From: an uncultured Candidatus Saccharibacteria bacterium
GTDB taxonomy: Bacteria; Patescibacteriota; Minisyncoccia; Phycocordibacterales; UBA2100
Direction of reading: 5' to 3'
Length of the DNA: 64,000 nt
NCBI GenBank assembly: GCA_964623775.1
Contig: CAZUVH010000001.1
Span: forward strand, 220,784 to 284,783
In this document: one piece after another, positions 54,907-64,000 of the stretch
How the letters are laid out: the number at the start of each line of letters is the position of its first letter
How positions within the stretch are numbered: position 1 is the stretch's first letter
The notes under the pieces: generated by a model
Told to the model about the DNA's origin: nothing
What the model saw: only the letters and a program-made list of their open reading frames with translations
The model's database searches: none
Translations under genes and position numbers: made by a program

Positions 54907-55366
54907 CGTCCTTCAAAAGGTAGCCAATACAGTGGGGCTCGGCGGACACTTTGAAGCACACAAGCACCATGTCCCGCGCATGGGCCGCGTCATGATCGTT
55001 GGCGGTATCGGAGCCATACTTCAAACGATTATTTTCGAAATTCTCGGCATTTGGCTCAGGCTGGTCGCGCCGAGTACGGCGACCTTGATCGGAGCTTTGG
55101 CTGCGACCCTTTCCAATTTTCTCCTCAATGAGCGTTTTAATTTCCACGACGTCGTCGATCATGCAAAGCCGAAGTATCGACGCATGCTCAAGTTTTACTT
55201 TGTGGGTCTCGGATCCCTGGCCACTCAGTGGACGTGCGTATTTATTGCAGAGCAATTCACGCACGACGCCCTGTTACTGAACCTTGCCTTCATTGTAGGC
55301 GTTGGTATCGGTTTTTTCTTCAACTACACGGGCTACTATTTCTTCGTGTGGCGGAGAAAGAATTAA
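54890..55366 (+). CDS. GtrA family protein
   Basis: MNFITNV start overlapping the upstream gene end by 17 nt; 4 TM helices; second GtrA paralog in the window. Confidence 0.55.
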   Translation: MNFITNVLQKVANTVGLGGHFEAHKHHVPRMGRVMIVGGIGAILQTIIFEILGIWLRLVAPSTATLIGALAATLSNFLLNERFNFHDVVDHAKPKYRRMLKFYFVGLGSLATQWTCVFIAEQFTHDALLLNLAFIVGVGIGFFFNYTGYYFFVWRRKN

Positions 55367-55386
55367 TCTTTCTTGAAAGGTAATTG

Positions 55387-56835
55387 CTACATCGTCCTCT
55401 CAAATCTGATGAGTCTCCGTATGTGCGGTAAAAGCATGCTTATGCCGAGGCCAGCGAGGAGTAAAAGAAATGGTTCCGCAACCATGCGATACCGCGTATC
55501 ATCGCTGATCGGGCCAATCATGAGTGCATATGCATTGATGAGGGCGAATGCGCAGAGGACCCAGAGCGCCTGTTTATCCCGTCGCTTTGTCCAGGTGTAG
55601 AGTGAAACCAGTGCCGCATAGAGCGCAGAAAGATACACGATGACCCATCCAAGCCGCTCCAGCAGTCGTGGAATATGTGTGAATGTCTGGACGAATGCCT
55701 CGTGCCAACGCTTTTGCGTGATGAGACCCCATGCGCCCTCTCCCCTCGGGGGATCGCCGTCCAAGATACCGAATTGATACATGTGGTATTGCACATTGAC
55801 GATGCTTGAAGTCACGAAGAGTTGTGCAGATTTAAAAAGATAGAATGCGACGAATTGGAAAGGACGTTCGACAATTCTTTCCATTGAGATTTCGTCGAGC
55901 CGCTCCACATATTGGAACTGTCGCAAAATTATTTCGTCGCTAGTCCCAAATTCGCGTTCACTGCGCACCCTCTGTATTTCCTGGTAATTGACACCAGTGC
56001 GGATTTGTTCAAGGAGCACCGTGTGGAACGCATAGAATTGCCATGCGCGCGACGAAGCAAACGCGAAATGACCCGCTTGGATATAGTTGCGCATCATCCA
56101 CGGACTCATTATCAAAAAAGCGGTAAAAAGGAAAATCATCGCGTTTCTAAGTGCGATTTTCCATGACTCTGAGTGCGCGAACGCCATGGCTGCAATAATA
56201 GGCGCGAGATAATATCCGACGGGACGTACGTAGATGGAGAGACCAAACAAAACTCCAGCAACGAGAACAGGCAGCCACCAACGTCGATGCGTGGCGCCGA
56301 TTGCGTACACGCTACCGATAAAAAGAAGCATAAAAAATGATTCACTGATCGGTATCCATGCAGCGTATATGACGATCGGGTCGATCATATAGATTAGAGC
56401 TGCAGCGAGCGCTATTGACCTTCTGAAATATCTAACACCAATCAGGTATATGAGTGCGACAGTGCAGGCCGTGAATGCTATTTGGAAGAACGGGACAATG
56501 AGTAATGTGCCGAACACCAGCATCACAAAAACAAAAAAAGCAGGGTATCCGGGTACGCGCCCAGCTTCGAGCGGGTATGAGGGCGAAACAGCGAAGCGGT
56601 GGTCGTTGATCATACTCTCCGCGAGATGTTTATATTCGATCGTGTCGGCGTAGTCTGGGAGTTCGAGCCCGATCATTTTTTCTGGCGAGGCACCGTTTGA
56701 CGATGCGATGAGAAAAAGTACGGTGAAGATAATGAGGTAGAGGAAAATACACGCACTCCCGAGGAGGCGCGCAATTTGCATGTCTGTGCGAGGTCGTCTC
56801 AAGATGCTAACGACGTCCATAAGGGTATCGGGCAT
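55387..56835 (-). CDS. GT-C glycosyltransferase-like polytopic membrane protein (PMT_2/ArnT-like)
   Basis: 482 aa, about 11 TM helices, periplasmic loop after TM1; within the glycosylation cluster. Confidence 0.5.
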   Translation of the reverse strand: MPDTLMDVVSILRRPRTDMQIARLLGSACIFLYLIIFTVLFLIASSNGASPEKMIGLELPDYADTIEYKHLAESMINDHRFAVSPSYPLEAGRVPGYPAFFVFVMLVFGTLLIVPFFQIAFTACTVALIYLIGVRYFRRSIALAAALIYMIDPIVIYAAWIPISESFFMLLFIGSVYAIGATHRRWWLPVLVAGVLFGLSIYVRPVGYYLAPIIAAMAFAHSESWKIALRNAMIFLFTAFLIMSPWMMRNYIQAGHFAFASSRAWQFYAFHTVLLEQIRTGVNYQEIQRVRSEREFGTSDEIILRQFQYVERLDEISMERIVERPFQFVAFYLFKSAQLFVTSSIVNVQYHMYQFGILDGDPPRGEGAWGLITQKRWHEAFVQTFTHIPRLLERLGWVIVYLSALYAALVSLYTWTKRRDKQALWVLCAFALINAYALMIGPISDDTRYRMVAEPFLLLLAGLGISMLLPHIRRLIRFERTM

Positions 56836-56839
56836 TGTA

Positions 56840-57814
56840 TCACTTCGTCAGGAAAATTCTCCAACTCATGCCTCGTCGTTGCGTCACTTGGTATTGGCTG
56901 ATTCCAGCTGACTCTAGCCAATCAGTGATATTGTCGCGCGAGATGTAGTGCGTGATCGGGGTGATCAATTGGTCGTAGGGGGTATTCCAAATTTCTTTGA
57001 AAGGGAAGTCGAACCACATATGCACATATGCAGCCATTGGCAGTTTTTCATACAGCTTCGGTGCTATGGCATGAATCGGTCGATAAACGAGTTTCGTTAC
57101 AAGGTATACCGGGAGTGTGATGAACCACGAGATAATGAGCAGCAGTCCCTCCGGTATTTTTGAGGTCACGTACCTTCGTAAAGGCTCGACGGTGTAGCGG
57201 ACAAGTCCGGTTCCCTCGTAGCCGTATACCCATACCGACATTGAGCCGCCTGGTTTGACCAGCGATACAAGTTTTAGAAAACCCTCTTTGGGATCTGGTA
57301 GGTGATGAAGCACTCCTACGCTGTATACATAATCAAAGCTCTCGGGTTTGAAGGGAAGTCGTCGTATGTCGCCGCGGATCAGTTGAATTTTTTCCGGATG
57401 CTTCGCGTGTGTGGGGATGTAGCGACGGGCGGACGCGATTGATCCCGTGCCGTAGTCAACCGCCGCGATCATCCTTGCACCAAAACTTTCGGCGATTACG
57501 GAGTGTTTACCCTTTCCGCACCCGGCGTCGAGCACTAATTTGTCTTTAAAAAACTCTGGCTTGACCGGATGTATCCAATCCAAGAACTGATCCCTGTATA
57601 TATCGTAATTATCGTCAAATTTTTCCCACTCATATCCAAATCTCTCGGCAGTCAGACTGCTTTGATCCTGGATTTCGTCCGGCACCATCATTGGCACTCC
57701 TTCTGTCACAGGGAAAGTTGAACTACAGTTACCGCATACGAACACCCCGCTCCCCATACGAAGATCACCCCTGCATTTCGGACAAGCAATCAGATCGATT
57801 ATTTCCTGTGTCAT
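56840..57814 (-). CDS. class I SAM methyltransferase with N-terminal Trm112-like zinc ribbon
   Basis: CPKCRGDL...CGNC zinc-ribbon; VLDAGCGKG motif I; LVKPGGSMSV. Confidence 0.65.
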   Translation of the reverse strand: MTQEIIDLIACPKCRGDLRMGSGVFVCGNCSSTFPVTEGVPMMVPDEIQDQSSLTAERFGYEWEKFDDNYDIYRDQFLDWIHPVKPEFFKDKLVLDAGCGKGKHSVIAESFGARMIAAVDYGTGSIASARRYIPTHAKHPEKIQLIRGDIRRLPFKPESFDYVYSVGVLHHLPDPKEGFLKLVSLVKPGGSMSVWVYGYEGTGLVRYTVEPLRRYVTSKIPEGLLLIISWFITLPVYLVTKLVYRPIHAIAPKLYEKLPMAAYVHMWFDFPFKEIWNTPYDQLITPITHYISRDNITDWLESAGISQYQVTQRRGMSWRIFLTK

Positions 57815-57855
57815 GGCGATGTTTGAAACATACTATCATTCAATTCACTCCAGTT

Positions 57856-57880
57856 AAAAACCCCGCCTTTCGGCGGGGTT
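57856..57880 (-). terminator. rho-independent terminator after the FN3 gene
   Basis: CCCCGCC-gaaa-GGCGGGG then TTTTT on the minus strand. Confidence 0.7.
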
Positions 57881-57899
57881 GCAGGAATAATTCAAATGA

Positions 57900-59651
57900 C
57901 TACTGCGCCGGCTTTATGGCTAGCACCACCTGATCGATGTCGCCTACGAGAGACCAATTCGTAGTCATTGACTCCGCGCCGGCAGAGGAGGCAGCGTTCT
58001 TTTGTGAGCCCGTATTTGGACCGAGGAAATCAAGATCTCGGAAGAAATACGTCTGCGACTCGCTGGTGCCGTACGTGGACACTACAACGTCCTGATTGGC
58101 TTGCGCGTTAGGACCGGCATAATATCCGGTACCGAGCAGCAAGTCTTTTCCAACTGTAGTTGTTACATTAGTAGTTTGCGAAGAAGTTATATTGCCATTG
58201 TAGGTAACCTTATAATCGTCCACTGGATTCGTTTGGGCTGCATTGTGGAGAGTCATAACGTAATAATTCAGAGTATATCCACCCGAACCATCCGTATAGG
58301 AAACACTAAACTGACCTGATGTAGGATTTGTCAGATACCCCATTGCCCATCCAGCACGATTCGACGTACCTGTTGCGGTCACAATCGTGAGACTTTGCCC
58401 ATTGAGCATTGCAGACGGAAGCCCCGCAGAGAGTTGAGAGCCCGTGGCGAATATTGCTACGAATAATTTGCTCGCGCCTCCTGATGGAACCGTGTAGCTG
58501 AACGATTGTGTGGTCGTCCCAGTCTTTTGATGAGCAGTGAATGGAAGATCGTCCATGATAGAGGGGGGTGCATCAATGGTCGCCGAAACGGTATTACTGT
58601 ACGCAGATTCTCCAGCAAGTCCTAACGCACGGACTTTGTAATAGTACGTTCCATTCGCAAGACCTGGATCAATATATGTTGTTACATTCGGGCTTGTTGT
58701 CGCGATTTGAGACATTGAACTTGTCGAGAGGCCGCGTTCGATAGAGTAGGCGATTTCGACTCCCGAATTGTCTGTCCAATTAAGGATTACGTTTGTTGAA
58801 GATGCCGTGGCCGTAAGGTTCGTGGGTAAAGCTATTATCGTAGTTGTCGTGGCGTAGTTGCTGTAATTTGAGTATGCGCCTGAATTAAACGTGCGGACAC
58901 GATGATAGTATGTAGTACCCTCGCTCAATCCTAAATCGAAGTATGTGGTAACACCCGCGCTTGTTGTTGCGACCGCAGTCCAATTCACGACGTCAGTGCT
59001 TCTCTCTAAATTAAAGCCGTCCTCAACCGTGCTGTTGTCATCCCACGTTAATCGGATCATAGATGTTGATGTGGAAAGACCAGATAAATTGGAGGGTGCG
59101 GTAAGAGGAGAGTATGTGATGACAGTGCTCAGCCGTGAAAGTCGCGCGCCCTTTGTGCTTGATGTAAGTACCGCACCAGTCTCAAGAGTTGAACCAGAAG
59201 ATTTTACATGCGAGAGGCTGCTAAAAGTGGTTGTGCTAAGTTCTACAGGCGTAGTGCCGGTGAGAGAATAGCTTCCCGAGTCGGCGCTATTTACTCCATT
59301 GAACCGATAGAAAACGTTCATTACGGGATTCGTGCCGCCAGCATTTGCGCGGGAGGCGCACGGTTTGATTGCGATTGCCGTAATTACTGCACCGTTGGGT
59401 ATGGATGTGAGACTCACGCCGTAAGAGTCACGATTCCCAATAGTGTTCGTTGAATTGTGGTCCGTCGTACCGTTGCAGGTAGTTTCATCCACAAGCACGA
59501 AATGCGACGAACCCGTTTTTGGAGTCCATTGCGTGTAAAAACCATCGGACGTTGGCATGAGAGTTCCGCTCGTCGCTGCTGAGACAACCGATGCTGTGAA
59601 AAACGCTAGTAAAGCGATGCCTGAGATTCCGCCGATATGTTTTTTATTCAC
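57900..59651 (-). CDS. secreted Ser/Thr-rich protein with two fibronectin type III domains
   Basis: Signal peptide (GISGIALLAFFTASVVSAAT); FN3 repeats (IRLTWDDNSTVEDGFNLERS...YYHRVRTFN and ILNWTDNSGVEIAYSIERG...YYYKVRALG); GTG start; 583 aa. Confidence 0.6.
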   Translation of the reverse strand: MNKKHIGGISGIALLAFFTASVVSAATSGTLMPTSDGFYTQWTPKTGSSHFVLVDETTCNGTTDHNSTNTIGNRDSYGVSLTSIPNGAVITAIAIKPCASRANAGGTNPVMNVFYRFNGVNSADSGSYSLTGTTPVELSTTTFSSLSHVKSSGSTLETGAVLTSSTKGARLSRLSTVITYSPLTAPSNLSGLSTSTSMIRLTWDDNSTVEDGFNLERSTDVVNWTAVATTSAGVTTYFDLGLSEGTTYYHRVRTFNSGAYSNYSNYATTTTIIALPTNLTATASSTNVILNWTDNSGVEIAYSIERGLSTSSMSQIATTSPNVTTYIDPGLANGTYYYKVRALGLAGESAYSNTVSATIDAPPSIMDDLPFTAHQKTGTTTQSFSYTVPSGGASKLFVAIFATGSQLSAGLPSAMLNGQSLTIVTATGTSNRAGWAMGYLTNPTSGQFSVSYTDGSGGYTLNYYVMTLHNAAQTNPVDDYKVTYNGNITSSQTTNVTTTVGKDLLLGTGYYAGPNAQANQDVVVSTYGTSESQTYFFRDLDFLGPNTGSQKNAASSAGAESMTTNWSLVGDIDQVVLAIKPAQ

Positions 59652-59830
59652 AAAGATCTAAAGGATTAAAATAATCCTCGTATTATTGCACGGTCTCCAT
59701 GAAGCCTGATCGGTGTCTTGTGTATAAAATATTAAGCAGCATTCAAATAAAAAGACGTGATACAACAATCAGAAGATAACTGCAGGCCATGGATAAGACC
59801 AATTTTCAGACTTTGCTCTAATGACAATCA

Positions 59831-59856
59831 AAAAAGCCCCACCAAGAAGGTGGGGC
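59831..59856 (-). terminator. rho-independent terminator
   Basis: GCCCCACC-ttctt-GGTGGGGC then TTTTT on the minus strand. Confidence 0.7.
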
Positions 59857-59864
59857 CCAAGTTG

Positions 59865-60539
59865 TCAGGCGCTGTCGCGCCAATCAAGGTACGCGAGGAC
59901 GGTTTCCGCATCCACGAGATCGCCTTTTTCGTGATACGTATGGATTCTCCGTATCTCTTTCGCGATCACGTCGGACCGTTTAGCCGAAGGCTCATTCTGG
60001 GAGTGCTTCATCGGCTCGTTCCAATCGAGTGGACAGCCGACCTGGTTGTAAACTTTCAGCTCCGGGTACTCTTTCAAGAGAACGGACACAACGGTGATGA
60101 AGGCACGGAGTTGGTGGAAGGGCGTGGCGGTAATGATTATCTTTTTCCAACCCTTTTCTTTAATGTAATTCACCATCGCGGTCAATTCCGTCAGTGTGTT
60201 GGCCGGTCCGCGAACGTCGAACGATTCGACGGTAGGAATGTCGATATCGGAACGATCTAGTTTATCCATCCAAACGGATGCTCCAGCATATCCGCACATT
60301 TCTTCTGTTGCATCGATGTTGTTGGAGACGACCAGTCGGCCGATGGGGCTCGAGCCGCAATGTCTGTCGAGGACAGAATTTTCATTGTCGCGCGTTTGTG
60401 CGACAAGATACGCAGCATCGGGTCTACCTGTTGACCACGGGTAAGGATCGCTCATCACTCGGATGGCGAGTTCCGTTAGTTTCGATTCGTTGATCACGTC
60501 GCTCTCCGCTGATCTGAAGTGGCAAAATTCTGCGTGCAA
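59865..60539 (-). CDS. YdcF/DUF218 (ElyC/SanA-like) family protein
   Basis: 224 aa; the central region resembles DUF218 proteins associated with envelope polymer synthesis; low confidence. Confidence 0.35.
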   Translation of the reverse strand: MHAEFCHFRSAESDVINESKLTELAIRVMSDPYPWSTGRPDAAYLVAQTRDNENSVLDRHCGSSPIGRLVVSNNIDATEEMCGYAGASVWMDKLDRSDIDIPTVESFDVRGPANTLTELTAMVNYIKEKGWKKIIITATPFHQLRAFITVVSVLLKEYPELKVYNQVGCPLDWNEPMKHSQNEPSAKRSDVIAKEIRRIHTYHEKGDLVDAETVLAYLDWRDSA

Positions 60540-60559
60540 TTATAGCATTTATAGTCCAA

Positions 60560-61348
60560 ATGTCAAGTTATAGATTGATATTACACAAGGAGTCAGCTAG
60601 AATCCGCTGCATGTGGAACAACAAGTCGGTATCCGTGGTGATGCCGACATATCGCGAAAAAGACTCCATCAAAGCGAAGATCGAGGACTTTTTGGCTACC
60701 GGATTGGTAGACGAAGTGATCGTTTGCAACAACAATGCCGAGGCGGGTACTGATGATGAAATTCGGAAAATCAAATCCGATAAGATCAAAATTATATATG
60801 AAAAGAGGCAAGGTTATGGGTATGCACTGCAGTCGGCGCTTCTCGGTGCGACAGGAGATCTCGTCGTAAGTATCGAGCCCGATGCGACGTATATAGGGAA
60901 GGACTTGAAGCGATTTCTCGTCCTCTCGGAAGATTTTCCAGTCGTTTTCGGTTCCCGAGTCATTAGGAAAACAATCAATCCCGAATGGGGTTATTGGCGC
61001 CGCGAGGTGAACTTTCTATACGGCACACTCATCCATCTTTTATTTAACACAAACACGATCACTGATATCGGGTGTACGTATAAATTAATGAAACGAGAAG
61101 TGATCCATGCGCTCGCGCCGCATTGGCGACATGGCTCGTCTCTTTTTGCGACTGAGCTCTTGCTACTGACGATAGCAAAGGGCAACAAGTTCATAGAGAT
61201 ACCGGTGACTTTTGAGGCGCGCGTCGGCGGCTCCTCGGTAATCGGCAGTAATTGGAAGTTGGCCAAGCTTGGCCTGGAAGGGTTGTGGCAGATCGTTGCG
61301 GCCTGGGTCAGATGGCTGATCCATGGTAAAAATCTGGAACATGTGTAG
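60560..61348 (+). CDS. glycosyltransferase family 2, polyprenyl-phosphate sugar synthase (DPM1/GtrB-like)
   Basis: VSVVMPTYREKD, DxD-type region in DLVVSIEPDATY; ~250-aa catalytic domain without a long TM tail; alternative start ATG 60611. Confidence 0.7.
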   Translation: MSSYRLILHKESARIRCMWNNKSVSVVMPTYREKDSIKAKIEDFLATGLVDEVIVCNNNAEAGTDDEIRKIKSDKIKIIYEKRQGYGYALQSALLGATGDLVVSIEPDATYIGKDLKRFLVLSEDFPVVFGSRVIRKTINPEWGYWRREVNFLYGTLIHLLFNTNTITDIGCTYKLMKREVIHALAPHWRHGSSLFATELLLLTIAKGNKFIEIPVTFEARVGGSSVIGSNWKLAKLGLEGLWQIVAAWVRWLIHGKNLEHV

Positions 61349-62888
61349 CATCGCGGGAATCATCGGAGGAACTGGCGTCGACAAGATGCTTGCGGTCCAG
61401 ACGCATCGTGCGCCTGACGAAAGCGGTGTCTATCGCGAAAAAAATCTGGAGCTCGGCATGGGCCGTCTCAAGATCATCGATCTGAAGTCTCCAGGTCTTT
61501 CACCGTACCAAGAGGATGGGTACGTGCTGTGCTACAACGGCGAAATCTACAACTATATCGAGCTCAAAAAAGATCTTGAAAAGCTTGGGTGGAAATTCCA
61601 TACAACGTCCGACACTGAGGTGTTGATGAAGTCGTGGCGCGAGTGGGGAGTGAAGATGTTCGACAAGCTCAACGGCATGTTCGCGTTTGCGATCTACGAC
61701 CCCAAGAAGAAGAAATTGCTGCTCGGACGCGATATCGCGGGCGAGAAGCCGTTGTATTACTATCATCGTGGAAATAAATTTGTATTTACTTCCGAAGCAA
61801 AGGCGCTTCCAGAGGTACTTGATTTGAAGCCGAGAGAGGACGAATTTTTTGAAGCCTTCCAGCACTGCTTCGTGACGACGCTCTGGAAAGATGTGATGGA
61901 ACTGCCACCCGCACACTATCTCGAATACGATATCGCCAAGAATTCAAAAAAGATCGTTGAATACTGGAAATTCGTGCCGCGTGCAATCAATTTGAAGACG
62001 GTACAGGAGGAGCTTGAAAGTCTTCTTGAGGATTCCGTAAAGCTTCGTTTTCGAAGCGATGTTCCTGTCGGGATCTATTATTCCGGCGGTATCGACTCTT
62101 CGCTCATCGATACATTTCATACGTACGACCACAAATTCTACTTTGACAATACTGCGAAAGGGATGGAGAAAGAATTTTTCAGCAAAATTCCACAGGTGCT
62201 CCACCACCTCGATTTCCCCGTCGGGTCATTCGGATTCTTCGGCATGTGGAAGCTGGCCGAAATGGCGAGTAAAAAAGTGCGCGTGATCATCTCCGGTGAA
62301 GGCGCCGACGAACTTTTTGGCGGATACGTACGATATTTGCCGATTGCTCGCGAATACGAGCTTCGTAAAAAATTTCCTTCCTACAATTATCTCTTCGGTA
62401 AATATTTCAATGACGATTACCTCACGGCCTTTGCCAAGATTACGGCGCGCAATGACAATGTGGATTTTGTAAAGGAGAAATTGCGTCCCTATTTTGAAAT
62501 GTTCGACGATCCGGTCAATGCGATGGGTTTTGCCGATTTCAAGCTGATCTTTCCGAGTCTCCTCCAGATGGGCGATCGTATGGCGGGCGCCTTTGGGATC
62601 GAAAATCGCTGCCCATTTCTTGACCGCCGTCTTATCGAATTCGGCTTCAGCTTGCCGCCGGAATATAAGATTGATACTCTTGAGCCGAAGGTCCTGCTGC
62701 GACGGATCGCGGAGAAGCGTGGCTTGGTAGAGCCGCTCCGTATGGAAAAACGCGGCATGTCTGTCCTCTACAACAAGTGGAAGGGCATTCCGGGCTGGGA
62801 TCGCACGCACTACTTCGAATTTCTCAAATCTACATGGCACAAAAATCATCAAAAAAAACAGTCGGGAAGAAAGGGAAGGTCCTCGTAA
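61341..62888 (+). CDS. asparagine synthase (glutamine-hydrolysing) family amidotransferase
   Basis: MCSIAGIIGG N-terminal nucleophile Cys; YYSGGIDSS PP-loop. Confidence 0.75.
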   Translation: MCSIAGIIGGTGVDKMLAVQTHRAPDESGVYREKNLELGMGRLKIIDLKSPGLSPYQEDGYVLCYNGEIYNYIELKKDLEKLGWKFHTTSDTEVLMKSWREWGVKMFDKLNGMFAFAIYDPKKKKLLLGRDIAGEKPLYYYHRGNKFVFTSEAKALPEVLDLKPREDEFFEAFQHCFVTTLWKDVMELPPAHYLEYDIAKNSKKIVEYWKFVPRAINLKTVQEELESLLEDSVKLRFRSDVPVGIYYSGGIDSSLIDTFHTYDHKFYFDNTAKGMEKEFFSKIPQVLHHLDFPVGSFGFFGMWKLAEMASKKVRVIISGEGADELFGGYVRYLPIAREYELRKKFPSYNYLFGKYFNDDYLTAFAKITARNDNVDFVKEKLRPYFEMFDDPVNAMGFADFKLIFPSLLQMGDRMAGAFGIENRCPFLDRRLIEFGFSLPPEYKIDTLEPKVLLRRIAEKRGLVEPLRMEKRGMSVLYNKWKGIPGWDRTHYFEFLKSTWHKNHQKKQSGRKGRSS

Positions 62889-63757
62889 CAGGGGCCTCCG
62901 GTTTCATTGCTTCTACATTGATACCCGCTTTTTTGAAGGCGGGTTATGAGGTTACGGGTATCGATCGGCTCGATTGCGAGCATATCCCGAAGCAAAAAGG
63001 ATTTACGTTTAAAAAGATGGACGTCGCCGATCTCGATTCGGTCAAAGGATTTGATTATGTGGTCAGTCTCGCTTTCGCGACGAATATCCCAAAGTCAATT
63101 CTCGATCCGGTCGGTACGACCTACAACAACCTCGATCTCGGTGTGAAAATACTTGAGCTTTCAAGAGAGGCGGGAGTAAAGAAATTCATCTATCCGTCTA
63201 CCGCTTCACTCTATGGCAATCAACCGCTTCCGTGGAAAGAAGACATGAAAGTGTATCCGAACGAGCCGTACTCGCTTCAGAAATACGCTATGGAGCGATT
63301 TTGCGAATACTATGCGAATACGAGGGGATTACCGACCGTTGTCTTCCGACTCTTCCAAGTATTCGGTGAAAATCAGAGAAACGATACGGCGCTGTACAAG
63401 TTTTACCAGTGCCGCAAAGAGGGTAAGCCGATCCCGATTACACAGACGACCGCGCAGGCCGGCTTCAAGGGCGCAAAAAGAGATTTCATCTACACGGGAG
63501 ACATTGCTGAGGCATTCATGATGGCGATGGAATCAGACAGGGTGGGCAAGGGGGAGATTATCAATCTTTGTTCCGGCTACAACTACACGATTCGCGAGGT
63601 CGCAGAATTGATCAGTGATAAAATTGAATTCATTCCAAAGCGCGGATTTGAACTCGACGAGCATCTTGGGACGCCAGCAAAGGCAAAGAAGCTGCTCGGC
63701 TGGAAGGCGCACACGGATATCAAGGATTGGATGAAGCGATACGTGAAAACCATTTAA
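62834..63757 (+). CDS. NAD-dependent epimerase/dehydratase family protein
   Basis: VLVTGASGFIAS, YSLQK (YxxxK); the start overlaps the asnB-like 3' end by ~55 nt. Confidence 0.65.
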   Translation: MAQKSSKKTVGKKGKVLVTGASGFIASTLIPAFLKAGYEVTGIDRLDCEHIPKQKGFTFKKMDVADLDSVKGFDYVVSLAFATNIPKSILDPVGTTYNNLDLGVKILELSREAGVKKFIYPSTASLYGNQPLPWKEDMKVYPNEPYSLQKYAMERFCEYYANTRGLPTVVFRLFQVFGENQRNDTALYKFYQCRKEGKPIPITQTTAQAGFKGAKRDFIYTGDIAEAFMMAMESDRVGKGEIINLCSGYNYTIREVAELISDKIEFIPKRGFELDEHLGTPAKAKKLLGWKAHTDIKDWMKRYVKTI

Positions 63758-63776
63758 TACCTAACATGCTTACACA

Positions 63777-64000
63777 CTACGATTATTGCCGGATGTGTGG
63801 CTCGAAGAAGCTATCGAAGTTTCTTGATCTTGGCGATCAGCCACCTCCAAATCGCAATATACCGCCGAATTCGTGGCAGAAAGAGCCGGAACCGATTTAT
63901 CCTCTGCAGGTGTGGTTTTGTCACGACTGCGCACTCGTTCAGCTATGCGATATACCCTCGAAAGAAGAGATGTTCAGTGATTATCAATTTCTCTCGACTG
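63777..64000 (+). CDS. C-methyltransferase-like protein with N-terminal zinc-binding domain, partial (3' end beyond window)
   Basis: CRMCGSKKLSKFLDLGDQPP...YPLQVWFCHDCALVQL matches the putative-zinc-binding N-domain of sugar C-methyltransferases (TcaB9/NovU type). Confidence 0.5.

Noticed and set aside
62226-62852. 208-aa minus-strand ORF
   Set aside because: Antisense to the asnB-like gene, which has PP-loop and N-terminal Cys signatures
1-64000. Search for CRISPR arrays, transposases, integrases, rRNA
   Set aside because: No regularly spaced direct repeats, no DDE/tyrosine-recombinase-like ORFs and no rRNA-like conserved segments were seen by eye; the only mobility hint is the tRNA-Leu 3' duplication

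Overview
This 64 kb window is densely coded on both strands (about 75 genes) and carries no rRNA, CRISPR array, transposase or integrase. The compact operons, frequent ATGA start/stop overlaps, several VirD4-like ATPases and a lamin-tail-domain protein suggest a small-genome, Patescibacteria/CPR-like bacterium; that placement is inference only. Housekeeping content is murA, murD, murC, rsmI and a class II tRNA-Leu(CAG). Three things stand out. (1) A translationally coupled minus-strand operon (8.8-13.9 kb) encodes an acidic low-complexity protein, a short double-AAA Clp-type unfoldase, a small helical protein, a soluble VirD4/TraG-like coupling-protein ATPase and a Pro-rich membrane protein. 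A second VirD4-like paralog with a ~330-aa disordered repeat tail sits next to a lamin-tail-domain protein (25.9-29.0 kb). (2) A ~34 kb cell-surface glycan / glycosylation supercluster runs from 29.9 kb to the window end. It includes a HAD-phosphatase::UbiA-prenyltransferase fusion next to an SDR epimerase and a GT-C membrane transferase, which looks like a decaprenyl-phospho-arabinose-type lipid-pentose donor route. It also includes a carbamoyltransferase::methyltransferase fusion with SxtJ-like and an unannotated 49-aa DUF5989-like gene, and a UDP-sugar dehydrogenase::GT fusion with a tandem GT paralog. The rest of the supercluster is three GT-C enzymes, two GtrA proteins, a GT2 DPM1-like enzyme, AsnB, a deacetylase, FkbM and other methyltransferases, and an S/T-rich FN3 secreted protein. 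(3) Many genes have a -10 box 6-8 nt upstream of the ATG with no Shine-Dalgarno, which implies leaderless mRNAs. A 19-bp duplicate of the tRNA-Leu 3' end lies 139 bp downstream of the tRNA, separated by four GC hairpins (att-scar-like). There is also a Cache-HAMP sensor with no output domain.
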